DNA of 63,882 bases, counting the filler, from Chiloscyllium plagiosum (lineage: Eukaryota), in assembly GCF_004010195.1 (NCBI RefSeq). It is 3 parts of one record of this genome, joined end to end, with 100 filler letters (N's around TTAATTAATTAA, not from the genome) between each part and the next. Parts side by side here need not be neighbours in the genome. Positions count along the whole stretch, not along the records: positions 31,333 to 60,177 come from NC_057716.1; 2 more parts are not named here. One strand, given 5' to 3'. How positions within the stretch are numbered: the stretch's first letter is position 1; each line of letters begins with the position of its first letter. This document shows, one piece after another, positions 37,214 through 50,699 of this stretch. Below the pieces are notes generated by a model, which was not told where the DNA came from, searched no databases, and worked only from the letters and a program-made list of their open reading frames with translations. Made by a program: the position numbers and the translations under genes.

Positions 37214-40152
37214 GGTTTATATCCACGTTTGCATCTACATTAACAACATTCTATCCATCTTAGATTTAAACTGAGTTCATGTAAATTACTGCACATGTCA
37301 GAAAGTTCCACACTTTCACCACACTACCTGGCAAAATGATTTTCACACTCTTAAATGAGGATTCAGCCCTCTGCAATTTGATTAATAGAAATTGTTTAAA
37401 CACATACACAATAAAATTCCTCACTGTATTGTATGCTGACAGGTAATTACAGTACATATACTATGATGCAGCCTGATGGGTCACAATTATTAACTAGAAT
37501 CTAACTGTTTTGACAGAAATTGTTAAGGAGATACATTGACAGTCTTAGGTCTGACATCAAAACAATCCATCTTGTATTTGAGACCATTAATGTAGCTTAA
37601 TCTTTTCATAATAACAAGGTCATCAGAGCTTAAATTTCAAGTGCACAAACTTGCAAAAGATTTTGATGAGAGGTCATAGAATCCCTACAGTGCAAAAAGA
37701 GGTCAAATGGCTCATCGAGTCTGCACCCATTTTTGGATAGTCATCTCACCCAAACCCAGCCCCCTACCCTATCTTCATAACCCCGCATTTAACATGGCTA
37801 ACCTACTTAGCCTACACATCTTTGAATTATGGGAGGAAACTAGGGCACTCAGTGGAAATCCGAGCAGACATAGTGGCTTCTCAAATACTCTATAACCTAT
37901 AAATAAGGCTAAATTATCATTTGCAACATTTTAATCTTTAGTCATTTGATTGAAACTATTTGAAGTTAGACTTTTTTTAACATTTGCAAATTTTATCTCC
38001 TGAGGCTGTTCTGTTCTCGTTCTGAATGCTGGCCCAAAACGCAATATAAAAAGCAGAGCTGTAGACAGACAGGAAAATGCAGTTTATCTGAGATAAGACT
38101 GGGGCTACCAATCCTCTCTATCTTCACATTTCAGGAAGTTTGATATGAAAAATTGAAACTCACATTGGACAGATAGATGTCAGATTAGATGTGACTTTAA
38201 TGCCCCAGTGTAAGCCACAATGGGTTACAGGAGGTTTACTTCTCTTGAGTTAGAGGTCCATTGCAGACAGAATGCAAATTTAAATTTGAAAATCACTCTT
38301 TATTGTCAGCACTTTAGGACTGAGCAAAAATCCCCATCATCTAAAATACTGGACTAGATGCTGGGCTTCTCCAATATTTAAAATACTGGACAAAATCCTA
38401 GGCTCAGACAACAGCAAACACACAACAGAGCCAGAATGCTTTCTATCTGAGGCTATTGTTCAACCTAGAATTCCAATTTGCATCCCTCCACTCTAAAGAA
38501 CCATCAACCAAACGTGACAGACAACTTGTGGTAGACCTCAGGCTACCCAGCACATACAGTATGGGACTACAGAGATACTGAACGTTCAACTGCAATCAAA
38601 TCCATTCACAGAGATACTGGGCATTCAACCTCAATTAAAATCTCTTAATGAATAGAAACCAATTAACTTCAGAAGGAGCACCAGAAACATAGTGGAGGAC
38701 ACAGATTTGGAGTGAAAATAAGGGGCGCACAAGCTCAGCTGAAAAGGGGTTCCAAAGAGCTACCTCCAAAAGAGGAAGAATTCCAACAGTAAGTACAGCA
38801 GCTATTTTCCGAGAGCAATCAAAGAGCTATTTGAGACCTTCCGAGTAAGAGCTCCCAGACACAGGCCTGTTCCAAATCAGGGAACTAATGACAACTGACC
38901 ACAACCAACAGATCCATCCAAGAACCAACAAACTCCAAAAACCAAACCACCCGACCGACAACACAAGGCTTCAGATGCTCCCTGAGATGAAAACTGGGCC
39001 TGCAAACCCAGCAGAAAGTAAAGAAAACAAGGTGTTTACCCAATAGATCTAATATGCACCTTACTATATCTCAACCCAAACTGAAAAGTCTGCAGTCTGA
39101 CGTCTTCATCCAGGCTCTGGATACGGCAAGCAGAAACACCCAAGTGCACTTCAAAACTGTGTTTTCCTCAGTAGTTAGCTGAAACTCCTGAGACTCCAAA
39201 GTTCTGACCTAGCTAGCAGGGAGGGGAAGGTGGATGGTGACAGTGCATTGGGACTCCAAGGATAAAAAGCCGAATTAAAGCTGTTGGTTTTCGGCTCTGT
39301 TTTTATTGAGTAATGTGCTCATGTTCATTGGTTCAAGTGGAGTCTTTTATTTCCTTTCCAACTTAGAGCATTGCATCTATCTTCAGGATGTCAGTGTTAG
39401 ATCTTCAGTAGCGAAGCATTCATTTAACTGCAACCATAGTTTTCGGTTCTATAGTGTTTAATCTAGCTCATAGTGTATCTAATAGTATTAACGTCCTCTG
39501 TAGAGTTGATTGTGTCAATTTACCTGTCTATTGCATTCACCTATATTTTTTGTATTATAATTACCTTTTGTATTGTAAATACAGAGAGAATCTTTTGCCC
39601 TGAAACACCTATCTACTGCCTTTTTCATTTCACATTTCCTAAGTCCAGTTTTTATAATCAGGGATCTGAGGGTGAATCAAAACCACTTACAAATCATAAA
39701 ATTACTGTTTGCAAACCAGAAATCTACAACACCTCTCTGTAACCAGTGAGGAGTGGGGAGGAGAAACGAAGGTTGATGGGAATGGACAAAAAATACATTG
39801 CAAAACCAGCAGACTTGCAAACAAACACACCCAAGGAGAAATTGAATTTAAAAAGGTAAAGAGATTGTTCAATTAGCAACATAATTAGTAATTAAAGTGT
39901 AAAAGGCACCAGTTTATCAGTTTTTTTTTCTTTTAAAATGATGTTCGAGACTCCAAAGTTGGAGTTAGCATTCTGAAAGTTCTGAAGCAATTAGCTCACT
40001 GTGAGTTCAGGAGTCATAAACAATTTCTTCTCCTTAAAATGTTTTGAAGACTGACTGAGGAATGTTCCTAAAATGTCAATTCTGATTTCCTGTTTTGATG
40101 AAAGTAGGTTTATTACTGGCATAGAACACAACTTGTTATCTGCTTTTTACAG

Positions 40153-40975
40153 GCCAGAGACTTTTCCTTTGTAGTCCAGATAGGAATTTTCATTTTGACA
40201 TTAGATACTGTAGAAGCAATGTTTTCGCCTTAATTGAATGCCATTTCAAAACTGCAATTGGAAGGGGTTCACCCCTTTGCAAGTCATGTACCCACATTTC
40301 TTGGCATGAGTGGAATATTTATCATGGAGAGAAAATCTTTAATTGTAGATAAGCATATCAAGAGTTTAAGAGGAAAAGCAGGTTTAAAACATCTTCTTGC
40401 AGCATAGCTGTAACTTGTAAATTCAATGTGCAACCATCTTTCTTGATGCAGTAATTTCTGTAGCAGGTAATAACACTGATGGTAGCATTCTGTCCCATCC
40501 AGAGATATATTAAATGTTGACTGTCTGCTGGCATTGACTTCTGAGAGGCATCTGTGAGGTTACTGCTAAGTCTAGTTACATAATTATAGCAGCTAATTTC
40601 ACCGAGCTGTTTAAAGTTTTTTATAACAGCCACTATAATATAAATATTAAAGTTGGTTTTTTGAAAATCTGTTTTGTGACAAACTGATGAAACATATTGG
40701 TTATATCACAGATATAGTTCTACATCGATCATATTCATAATCTTACATTGTTAGGAACAGAATTTTTAACATGTTCTCTTTTCAAGTTATTTATGTAGGA
40801 GAAAATTCCATTTTGCCTAAATAAGAAAGAATTTACGGCAGACAGATGAATTTGAAACATATTAAGCACTTATTTATATAATCAAGTCAGAGGATTTTAT
40901 AGCAAATGTAGTGACTCTGTTATTTCTTAACAGAAGAACAATTTTTATTTATCATGTACATTTTTTGTAACTGAG
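40153..40975 (+). pseudogene. Pseudo-exons (40153-~40600, 40799-~40975)
   Basis: QRLFLCSPDRNFHFDIRYCRSNVF vs SRVFFGEPGPWFNQLDMDGDKTSVF; LTVCWH vs YTIHWD; KIPFCL..KNNFYL vs WIRVGL..ERKFYF. Confidence 0.75.
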
Positions 40976-41895
40976 TGCATTTAGTTTAAAAAAAAGTAAT
41001 GCTTGTTGTAAAAGACCTATTGGCAGGTAATGAGGACATTAGATATTAGTAAGAATATCAGACATTCCTTGGATATTGGGAGTGATTGGATGCCAGTTAC
41101 ACTGCTCTTCAGTTTCTCCTTTCAGTTGACTCATTTTAAGTGTGTTTCCATGAGGATGAGCAGAAACCATTGAATGCCACAGTAGCTAATACAATAACCA
41201 GGATGAGCTCAATTAAGTGGGAAGCTGTCACTAAATTCATAGACAATGTCTAATCAGGATGGCAAATGTTTGCTGTGGATCTTCAGACTGATTCTTGACC
41301 TGAAGATTTTGGATAGAATATCCAGTGAAGAGAGCAATATTGAGTTAACTGGCCTATAGTTATTTGTTTTTGTCTCATTCGCTGTTTGAAGGATGTTCCA
41401 GTGGCAGTTTTCCAACTTTCTAATCTCTGGGACAGTTCTTGAAAGATTACTTCCAGTGCATCCACTAACTGTGTAATTACTACTGAAATATCCGAGGATG
41501 CATCCTTTTGTAGACTCATTGTATCATTCTCACTAGTTGCTGTCCTGTCTATTTTTTATACAATTACAATTTGAAAACAGTGCATTCAAGATTAGAGTGA
41601 TGCTGGAAAAGCACAGCAGGTCAGGCAACATCCGAGGAGCGGGAAAATCAACATTTCGGTCGGGCCCCTTCATCAGGAATCATCAGGAATCCATCATCTG
41701 CGGTCCTCACTTTTGCCCATAGTGAATTCAATTCTGTCATCCAATATTGTTTATCTTTATATGTTCATTTCATGTTATTTATTTAGAATTACAGTGTTTT
41801 TTGTTCTAGGTGGTGTTATGGTTGAACTGGAAGACTCTACTGTCATTGTCCAATCTCACTACTCTGGGATGTAAACATACTAGTTCCTAACAATG

Positions 41896-42108
41896 GTTCG
41901 AGAGTGTGGACTGGAAAAGCACAGCAGGTCAGGCAGCAACCGAATAGCAAGAGAATCGACATTTTGGGCATAAGTCCTTCTCATTCCTGATGAATGGCTT
42001 ATGCCCAAAACGTCAATTCTCCTGATCCTCAGTGCTGTCTACCTGCTTTGCTTTTCCAGCACCACACTCTCACCACACTCTCAACATCTGCAGTCCTCAT
42101 TTTCTCCC
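41896..42108. mobile_element. Palindromic Penelope-tail element with 14-bp TSD
   Basis: Two inverted tails meet at the hammerhead core (~41980); flanks AGTTCCTAA(C/T)AATG. Confidence 0.85.
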
Positions 42109-42152
42109 AGTTCCTAATAATGACAATAATTAGTTTTCGCTAATTCACCTCA

Positions 42153-44237
42153 GAGTCATAGAGTCATAGATATACAGCATGGAAACAGATCCTTCAGTCC
42201 AACCCATTATTGCCGACCAGATATCCCAAGCCAATCTAGTCCCACCTGCTAGCACCTGGCCCATATCCCTCCAAACCCTTCCTATTCATATACCCATCCA
42301 ACTGCCTTTTAAATGTTGCAATTGTACCAGCCTCCACCACTTCCTCTGGCAACTCATTCCATACACATACCACCAACTGTGTGAAAATGCTGCCCCTTAG
42401 GTCTCTTTTATATCTTTCCCCCCTCACCCTAAACCTACTTAGGTCTCTTTTATATCTTTCCCTTCTCACCCTAAACCGATGCCCTCTAGTTCTGGACTCC
42501 CCGACCCCAGGGAAAAGACTTTGTCTATTTATCCTATCCATGCCCCTCATAATTTTGTAAATCTCAATGAGGTCACCCCTCAACTTCTGACACTCCAGGG
42601 AAAACAGCCCAAGCCTATTCAGCCTCTCCCTGTAGCTCAAATCCTCCAACCCTGGACAAATCCTTGCAAATCTTTTCTGAACCCTTTCAAGTTTCACAAC
42701 ACCTTTCCAATAGGAAGGAGACCAGAATTGCATGCAATACTCCAACAGTGGCCTAACCAATGTCCTGTACAGTCGCAACATGATCTCCCAACTCCTGTAC
42801 TCAATACTCTGACCAATAATGGAAAGCATACCAAATGCCTTCTTCACTATCCTATTTACTTGTGACTCCACTTTCAAGAAGCTATGAACCTGCACTCCAA
42901 GGTCTCTTTGTTCAGCAACACTCCCTAGGACGTTTACCATTAAGTGTATAAGTCCTGCTAAGATTTGCTTTCCCAAAATGCAGCACCTTGCATTTATCTG
43001 AATTAAATTTCATCTGCCATTTCTCAGCCCATTGGCCCATCAGGTCAAGATCCTGTTGTAATCTGAAGTAACTTTCGCTGTCCACTACACCACCAATTTT
43101 GGTGTCATCTGCAAACTTACTAACTGTACCTCTTATGCTCACATCCAAATCATTTATGTAAATGACAAAATGTAGTGGACCCAGCACCGATCCTTGTGGC
43201 ACTCCACTGGTCACAGGCCTCCAGTCTGAAAAACAATCCTCCACCACCACCCTCTGTCTTCTACCTTTGAGCCAGTTCTGTGTCCAAATGGCGAGTTCTC
43301 CGTGTATTCCATGAGATCTAACCTTTCTAACCAGTCTCCCATGGGGAACCTTGCCGAACGCCTTACTGAAGTCCATATAGATCACATCTACCACTCTGCC
43401 CTCATCAATCCTCTTTGTTATTTCTTCAAAAAACTCAATCAACTTTGTGAGACATGATTTCCCATGCACAAAGACATGTTGACTATTCTTAATCAGTCCT
43501 TGCCTTTCCAAATAACATATACATCCTGTCCCTCAGGATTCCCTCCAACAACTTGCCATCACCGACATCAGGCTCACTGGTCTATAGTCCTCTGGCTTGT
43601 CCTTACCATCCTTCTTAAAGCGTGGCACCATGTTAGCCAACCTCCAGTTTTCCAGCAACTCGCCTGCGACTATCGATGATACATATATCTCAGCAAGAGG
43701 CCCAGCAATCACTTCTCTAGCTTCCCACAGAGTTCTCAGGTACACCTGATCAGCTCCTGGGGATTTATCCACCTTTATCCGTTTCAAGACATCCAGCACT
43801 TCCTCCTCTGTAATATGGACATTTTGCAAGGTGTCATCATCTATTTCCCTACAGTCTTTATCTTCCATATCCTTTTCCACAGTAAATACTGATGCAAAAT
43901 ATTTGTTTAATATCTCCCCCATTTTCTGTGGCTCCAAACAAAGGCATCCTCGCTGATGTTTGAGGGGCCCTATTCTCTCCCTAGTTACCCTTTTGTCCTT
44001 AATGTATTTGTAAAAACCCTTTGGATTCTCCTTAATTCTATTTGTCAAAGCTATCTCATGTCCCCTTTTTGCTCTCCTGATTTTCCTCTTAAGTATACTT
44101 CTACTGCCTTTATACTCTTCCAATGATTCACTCGATCTGTTCTGTCTATACCTGGCATCTGCTTCCTTCTTTTTCTTAATCAAACTCTCAGTTTCTTTAG
44201 TCATCCAGCATTCCCAATACCTACCAGCCTTTTCTTT
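42153..44237 (-). mobile_element. CR1 LINE, 5'-truncated ORF2 (RT) with (ACTCTATG)n tail
   Basis: ORFs 43533..44204, 42912..43511 (DFSKAF, GVPQGSVLGP, KFADDTK) and 42236..42976. Confidence 0.95.
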
Positions 44238-45802
44238 CCAAAAAGATACATCAACTATTTAATAATCACACCAAATATGGGAGTTGTCTCTGGTATTTTG
44301 ACAGTCACATCCTGCACAAGAAACGCAGTATAGAGAATTTCTCCAGTTGCTTTTCAAAAGGACAATCAGGTTACACAAAAAAAGTTCTTCAGATCAGGAG
44401 AGATGGGCTGAGCAGCCTAATCTTCAACAGGCTTCCCCCAGTTGAAAAACAGAACCACAATTCTCTGAAAAATGTCATTCAAACACTGATCTGGGTGGAG
44501 GAGCGTGGTGTTTGATCTTCAACTGGTGTGGATTCAGGACCTGTCCCCTTACCCTGCTTGTGTTTGAGGGCATGGTATTGTGAATGTGACCTACATTTGG
44601 ATAGACCGTTCAAAAATCATAATTAGCAAAAGATGCAGCATTTCATCTATTCAATCACAAATTAAACTTTAATATTGTCAGTGGTTGGCAGGAGAGTGCC
44701 CACTACTGCTGATTTCCAATAGTGAGTGCTCTGTATGTGTCAAATGTGGTTTCATTCCAATTAATACTACAAGACAACAATCTGGGGAAATCTGTTGGCG
44801 CACAAGGAGGCCATTCAGCCCATTGAGCCTGTTCTGTTATTCATCGAGTTTGTGGCTGATCTGATAATCTTCAACTCCACTTTCCTGCCTCTTACAGTTG
44901 ATTTGTCTATTTCAGCCTTGAATATACTTAATGACCCAGCCTCTCTGAGGTAAAGAATTCCACAAATTCACTAACCTCAGAAGAAACTCCTCCTTAACTC
45001 AGTTCTGAATTTGTGACCCCCTACTTTGAGATTATGCTAGTCTCTCACACAATCTGTCTCCATCTAACCTGTCAAGTGCCCTGGGAACCTTACCTGTTTC
45101 ATTAAGGTCACCTCTCGTTCTTCTATATTCAAATGATTACAAACCCAACCGATTCAATCTCTCCTCATGAGACTCTTGCTCCATACCTGGTATCAGCCCA
45201 GTGACCTTTATCTGGATTATGAATAGGAAGGGTTTAGAGGGATGTGGGCCAAATGCTGGCAAATGGGACTAGATTTAACTGGGATATCTAGTTGGTATGG
45301 ACAAGTTGGACCGAAAGGCCAGTTTCTGTACTGTATATCTCTATGACTCTATGTCCAATGACAATATATTTTTCCTTCGATGAAGGGCCCAAAACTGTTA
45401 ACCGTGTTGCTGGTGTGGTTTAACTAATGTCTCTTATAGCTTTTACAAAACTTTCTTGCTTTTATACTCCATTCCCTTTGAAGTAATTGACTCAAAGGAA
45501 ATCACTGAAGGGATGTAGTGTTTGAAATTAAGGAAGAAAATTGAAATCAGGATATTGAGGTAACAGTTAAATGTCAAGACGCAGTTTCACCTCAAAATTC
45601 ACAACCACCTGGATATTGTTGCAGAGAATAGCAAAGTAAAAAATCATGATCCTATCACAATTTTGTGCACAAAATTTAAGTTTCATTTTTACAAAGATAA
45701 TTGTTTCCAATTGGTTGCACAAATATTGAGGCACAGAGAGCTGCTATTTCTTTGGTGTCACATATTTTTAAATAACAAGAACATCTATTTTTCACTTACC
45801 AG

Positions 45803-47640
45803 GTTGTGTAAATGGAAATGAAATGGGTCATTCAGCATGAAAGGGGATCTTAATAAGTACTTTGGGATGTAACCCTCATTTGTCAATGAATTTCATTTCA
45901 TGTTTCTCATAGATCATTGGAAATGAAGTGTTAAGTGTAGATTGGATGATAAATCTGCAAGTTCTAAACATGATAATTTATTTTCAAGTTAGGCCTGCAG
46001 GCCCTATAAACTTTGAAATATTGTAATGGCACAAAGTGGAATATTTGCATCATATTGTTTAAAACTCAGATTTCAATCATAAATTATCTTTTTTTTTCAA
46101 ACTAGTTTAGACATTTTAGTGATTGATACAGAGACTGGATTTTTTAAACAATGGTTAATGTTACTTTAGCAACAGGAGTAGATTATGCAGCCCATTGAGC
46201 CTGTTCCACATTCAGTTAAATCATTGCTGATCTTATCTGATCTCTACTTATCCACCTGGATTCCGTGACCCTTATCCTTAACTTAAAAATTTATTAGTCT
46301 GTGTGTTAACTTTTTAAAATGGCCCAGATTGTTTTGTAAGAGAGATTCACACTTCTGTTATGTTTTAGGAATTAGAACTTTGTCTTTTATTCACAGTCAT
46401 GTAGAGATTAGCATAATCGAATTTGACAATATTGAGTTCTCAAGAACAATCATACTGCTCTGAAAATATTAATTCTGTTTCCCTCTTCATAGATGCTGCC
46501 AGACCTGTTGAGTTTGTCCAACATCCTCTGTGTTTGTTTCAGATTTCCAATATCTGCAATTTTTTATTTTTATTATCTTAGTAATACTTTAATAATAGAG
46601 AATAATGATGGTAAACAAGACATGAGCTGAGAATTCTGGGCAGCCTGATGGCTCAGGCCTAACGGCATTGTTTTCTGTTCTTTTGTGATAATAAGAATAA
46701 GGACAGGCATGATGACTTATTGGAGCCAATGTTCAAAAGTCAAATTCTTGCCATCAAGATAAAGATGAGCTGATGAAGAATCATCTCATCTCAAAACACT
46801 AGCTTGCTTTCTCTCCATGGATGCTGTCTGACTCATGCACTTTAATGTGTTTACTAAACTAAACTCTTGTTTAGGATTTCATCAAAAGCCCTTAAAAAAC
46901 TCATTGGATCCCATTCACTGGTTCTGCTTTATTGATCCTGTTAGTGATATCCTCAAAGAAGCTCTTTCAGCTTTGCCAAACATGATTTTCCAATCGTGAG
47001 TCCATTTTGACTCTGGCCAATCAATCAATTATTTTTCAAATGTCCAGGAATCACACCCTTTAAAATAGGTTCTAACATCTTGTTTGTTATTTGTATAAAC
47101 GATGCAGATGAGAATGTAGAAGGCATGTTTGGTAAGTTTGCAGATGATATCAGAATTGGAGGTATAGTGGCCAGAGAAGAAGATTATCTAAGATTACAAA
47201 GAGATCTTGATCAATTTGGTCAATCAGCTGACATGTGGCAGATGGATTTTAAATTGGATAAATCAAGATATTGCATTTTGATAAAACAATTAAGGGCAGG
47301 ACTTATACAATTAATGGGTCCTGGGTAATGTTGTAGAACAGAGACACCTTGGAATGCAGGTATATAATTCTTTGAAATTGGGATGCCATGTTGAGGTTGT
47401 GCAGGACGTTGGTGAGGCATCTTCTGCAGTACTGTTAATCCCTTATTATTTTGGTAATTATAACAGTCTAGTTTGTTTCAGCTTGGCCCTTTTAATGGCG
47501 AGTGATTAAGTTTCATCTGCATCCATTAGTGCAAAATTACCTGGGATGTATTTCTCTAAACAGCCACTTAATTTACCTTTGTAGCCATTTTTGACCATTA
47601 CTGAGCTTTTTGAAAACCATTTTTTGGAATTACAGATTAA
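45803..47640 (+). pseudogene. Pseudo-exons: C-terminal GG/ILEI repeat 1 (45803-~46060, 47482-~47640)
   Basis: CVNGNEMGHSA*KGILISTLGC vs SVNGTDFTFRSAGVLLLVVDPC; splice phase compatible with donor 44292; LSFICIH*CKITW vs MAFVGFKGSFRPIW. Confidence 0.65.
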
Positions 47641-47847
47641 AAGTGTCAACAGTACTTTGGAGTTCTAACATGATCATGACACTTCCTAACGTGAAGAAAA
47701 AAATAGATACATTGCTGTTTCTTTAAAAGATGAAAATAAGTAAAAGCACAAAACAATAAACACAAATTTATTCTCTTTGCCTGGGTCATTGTCATCCTTT
47801 CAGTTCTACCGAGGTCTCTATAAGTTTGCAACATAGTGTCTGTACTG

Positions 47848-48186
47848 GGTGAGGTGGTGATGTAGTGGTCATATCTCGTGGCTCATAATTCAGAATTCCA
47901 GGTTAATGTTCTGGGGATATGGGCTTGAATCTCACCATGGAAGCTGGTGAAATTTGAATTCAATAATAGTCAGGAATGAAAAGATATTCTAATGGAAATT
48001 AAGTAAGTACTATCAATTCTTATATAAATCCTTCTGATTCACTAAAATCCTTTTAAGGAATGGAGTCAGCTGTCCTTATGTGGTATGGCTTACATATGAC
48101 TGTGACATTGCAATGTGGCTAACTCTTAACTTCTCTGCATGCAATGAGGGATGGGCAATGTGGTGTCTACATCCTGTGAATGAATT
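47848..48186 (+). mobile_element. Old tRNA-derived SINE with LINE-derived tail
   Basis: GGTGATGTAGTGGT A-box, GGCTTGAATCTC B-box, tail GGGATGGGCAAT..ACATCCTGTGAATGAA; related copy at 16680-16890 (minus). Confidence 0.7.
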
Positions 48187-48234
48187 AGGGAAAAACTTAC
48201 ATTTCATCTCTCAACAATGTGGTGATATTCAGGT

Positions 48235-48360
48235 AGGAGAAAGTGAGGACTGCAGATGCTGGAGATCAGAGCTGAAAAATGTGTTGCTGGAAAAGCACAG
48301 CAGGTCAGGCAGCATCCAAGGAGCAGGGGAATCGACGTTTCAGGCATAAGCCCTTCTTCA
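48235..48360 (-). mobile_element. Short Penelope-tail (hammerhead) insertion with 14-bp TSD
   Basis: GGTGATATTCAGGT at 48221-48234 and 48361-48374. Confidence 0.88.
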
Positions 48361-48576
48361 GGTGATATTCAGGTGGCAAAGTTGAAGGAATAAATTCAGT
48401 GGAATAACCTGGCCTTCCATGTAATAAACATTTTAAACACATTCATAGGTTGTGGTCAATATAAATTATGATTTCTCTATACCCATTTCTGACACTTATC
48501 TTCAAGAGTTGCTATAAAACGAGGGTTTCCTTCCCTCTGCCATCTTTGACTTTTTTGTTTTGGAAAAGCACCCAGT

Positions 48577-48887
48577 TAGATTAGATTCCTTCGAGTTTGG
48601 TAACAGGCCCTTCTGCCCAACAAGTCCACACCAACCCTCTGAAGAGCAACCCACCCATACCCATTCTCCTACATTTACCTCTCCAGCTAGCATTATGGGC
48701 AATTTAGCATGGCCAATTCACGTAACCTATACAGTTTTGGACTGTGGGAGGAAACCAGAGCACCCGAGGGAAACCCACACAGACACGGGTAGAATGTGCA
48801 AACTCCACACAGCCAGTTGCCTGAGGCAGGAATTGAACCCGGGTCTCTGGCGCTGTGAGGCAGCAGTGCTAACCACTGTGCCACCCA
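48577..48887 (-). mobile_element. HE1/V-SINE-type SINE
   Basis: Minus strand reads GGCACAGTGGTTAGCACTGCTGCCTCACAGCGCCAGAGACCCGGGTTCAATTCC; (AATCT)n tail. Other copies at 37670-37870, 53150-53510 and 59190-59515. Confidence 0.9.
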
Positions 48888-49299
48888 CTTTTTAAATGCA
48901 AGCTCGTCACTATTATAATCCAGATGGTTTTCGCCAATACAGTTGTGAGAATGTGGAGCTTGCTGTCACAGGCAGTAATTGAGGCAAAGTGATTAGAGTC
49001 TCCATCCCAGAAAGAGAATAGCTCCTCCCCCATGTTACTCATTGTTGGCTGCTTTAAACGTTTATTTAAAATGTGGAGCTGCAAGTACAAGCTCGCTTTT
49101 AAAATGATCTTCAGCTTTGCAAATGCATTTTGGCATTTCTTACCTCATATTACTTTTGCTTTTCTCTGTAGTGGGTCTGTCAGTCGCACAGCCACTGCAC
49201 TGAAATTTGGAATTTTTTTTATCTTAAACCTATACATTACCAAGACCTCCATGATTTGATGTTTTGTTGTGGGAATGGAGAACTATGCTACTGCTTCTG

Positions 49300-50680
49300 C
49301 TTTTTGCAGATCTGGACACTACTTATCCTTTGCTCACTTTCTGTCCTAGATAGTATTCTTCGTTCTTTTTAAGCTCATTCTTTGCAAGATTGACCACTAG
49401 GTTAGGTGATTGTATTTTCCAAGAGAGCTTTTGGTTGTTATAACTGCATTTCCCAGGTTGAACACTGGTCCAGGAGTTTGTATAGGTACACCACACAACT
49501 AGATCAACTTGTAACTACGTGGTTTATCGACCTTTCAAAGGCAGCTGGGCATTTTGGACTCTGAATGGCATGGCTTGGCACTGGTATAACTTGAGAGAGC
49601 GTGGAAGAGATCAAGGGCAGGTAATAGGCCAGCACGGGGGTGTCCAGGTGGATGAAGTGTGCTGGAGGCGGGCAGAGGGGTCCTTGGAAGGTGGGCGGGA
49701 GTCCTGATTGTAAAAGTAAGCTCGGCGGCGGCGGAAGAAATGTTCGACGTCACGATGTGTATTAAATTCATTGATGCGTGGGCGGAGGGGGATAAAGGTA
49801 ACGCCTTTGCTGAGGACTGATCGTTCATCCTCTGTGAGGGGGAGGTCAGGGGGAATGGTGAAAACTCGGCAGGCCTGGGAGTTAGGACCCGGTGTAGGTG
49901 TCGAGCTGGGAGTGGGGGCGGAGCCTGTAACTGGAGTGGGTATGGTGGCAGGTAATAGGCCAGCACAGGGTGTCCATGTGGATGGAGTGTGCTGGAGGCA
50001 AGCAAAAGGGTCCTCGGAAGGTGGGTGGGAGTCCTGATTGTAAAAGACAGCTCAGAGGTGGCGGAAGAAGTGTTCGATGTCATGGCGTGTATTAAATTCA
50101 TTGACGCGTGGGCGGAGAGGGATAAAGGCAAGGCCTTTGCTGAGGACTGGTATAACTTGCCTGGAGTTATGAAGGTAGAGATTTCCTTCGCAAGCGTAGT
50201 CAAGGGAAGTTGTTGTCAGTACCCTTTGAGAAAATCTATCTTCGTAAAGCAGGTGGCTTCACCCTACCTTATCAATGCAGTCTTCCATTTGGGGTATTGG
50301 CTAGGAGTAGGTTCTGATCACTGAATTTACTTTTCATTGGTCAGAGCAGATTCTCATGGAGCCATCTGGCTGAGGCACACGTACAAATGGGGAGTTCCAG
50401 TTACTGCTGCTAGGTTGTGCTCAAGTGTATTTCCTCATGAACCTGGGCCACATTTCTTTGGCCTCACTGATAAGCATGTTGCTTTACAGGAGAGGTCTCT
50501 CCAACATCCACACCATGTAGAGCTAATCTGGTTTGACATTACATGTGCCTTTAAATGCAGAGAGCAGCCTTTCTAAGTCCTGAAGACTTCACCTGATGAA
50601 GGGGCTATACTCTGAAAGCTTGTATTTTTCAATAAACCTGTTGGACTATAACCTGGTGTCATGTGACTTCCGACATTAAA
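49300..50680 (-). mobile_element. Probable Penelope-like 5' ORF fragment with ~210-bp internal duplication and inverted hammerhead tail
   Basis: Pro/Ser/Thr-rich ORF 49535..50203; 49615-49820 resembles 49945-50150; plus-strand tail CCTGATGAAGGGGCTATACTCTGAAAG at ~50592. Confidence 0.55.
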
Positions 50681-50699
50681 AAAAGGACAAATCCAAACC

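Larger units (their letters stand above)
41810..44292 (+). pseudogene. Pseudo-exon split by two TE insertions (41810-41895, 42109-42152, 44238-44292)
   Basis: VLWLNWK..SNLTTLGCKH vs FLYLKAK..SYCSSQGCER; FTSE[CR1]PKRYINYLIITPN..VVS|gt vs FTSDPHKSYLPVQFQSPD..VIS|. Confidence 0.72.

Noticed and set aside
48830..48887. tRNA gene
   Set aside because: A- and B-boxes continue into a SINE body and tail, and there are multiple diverged copies.
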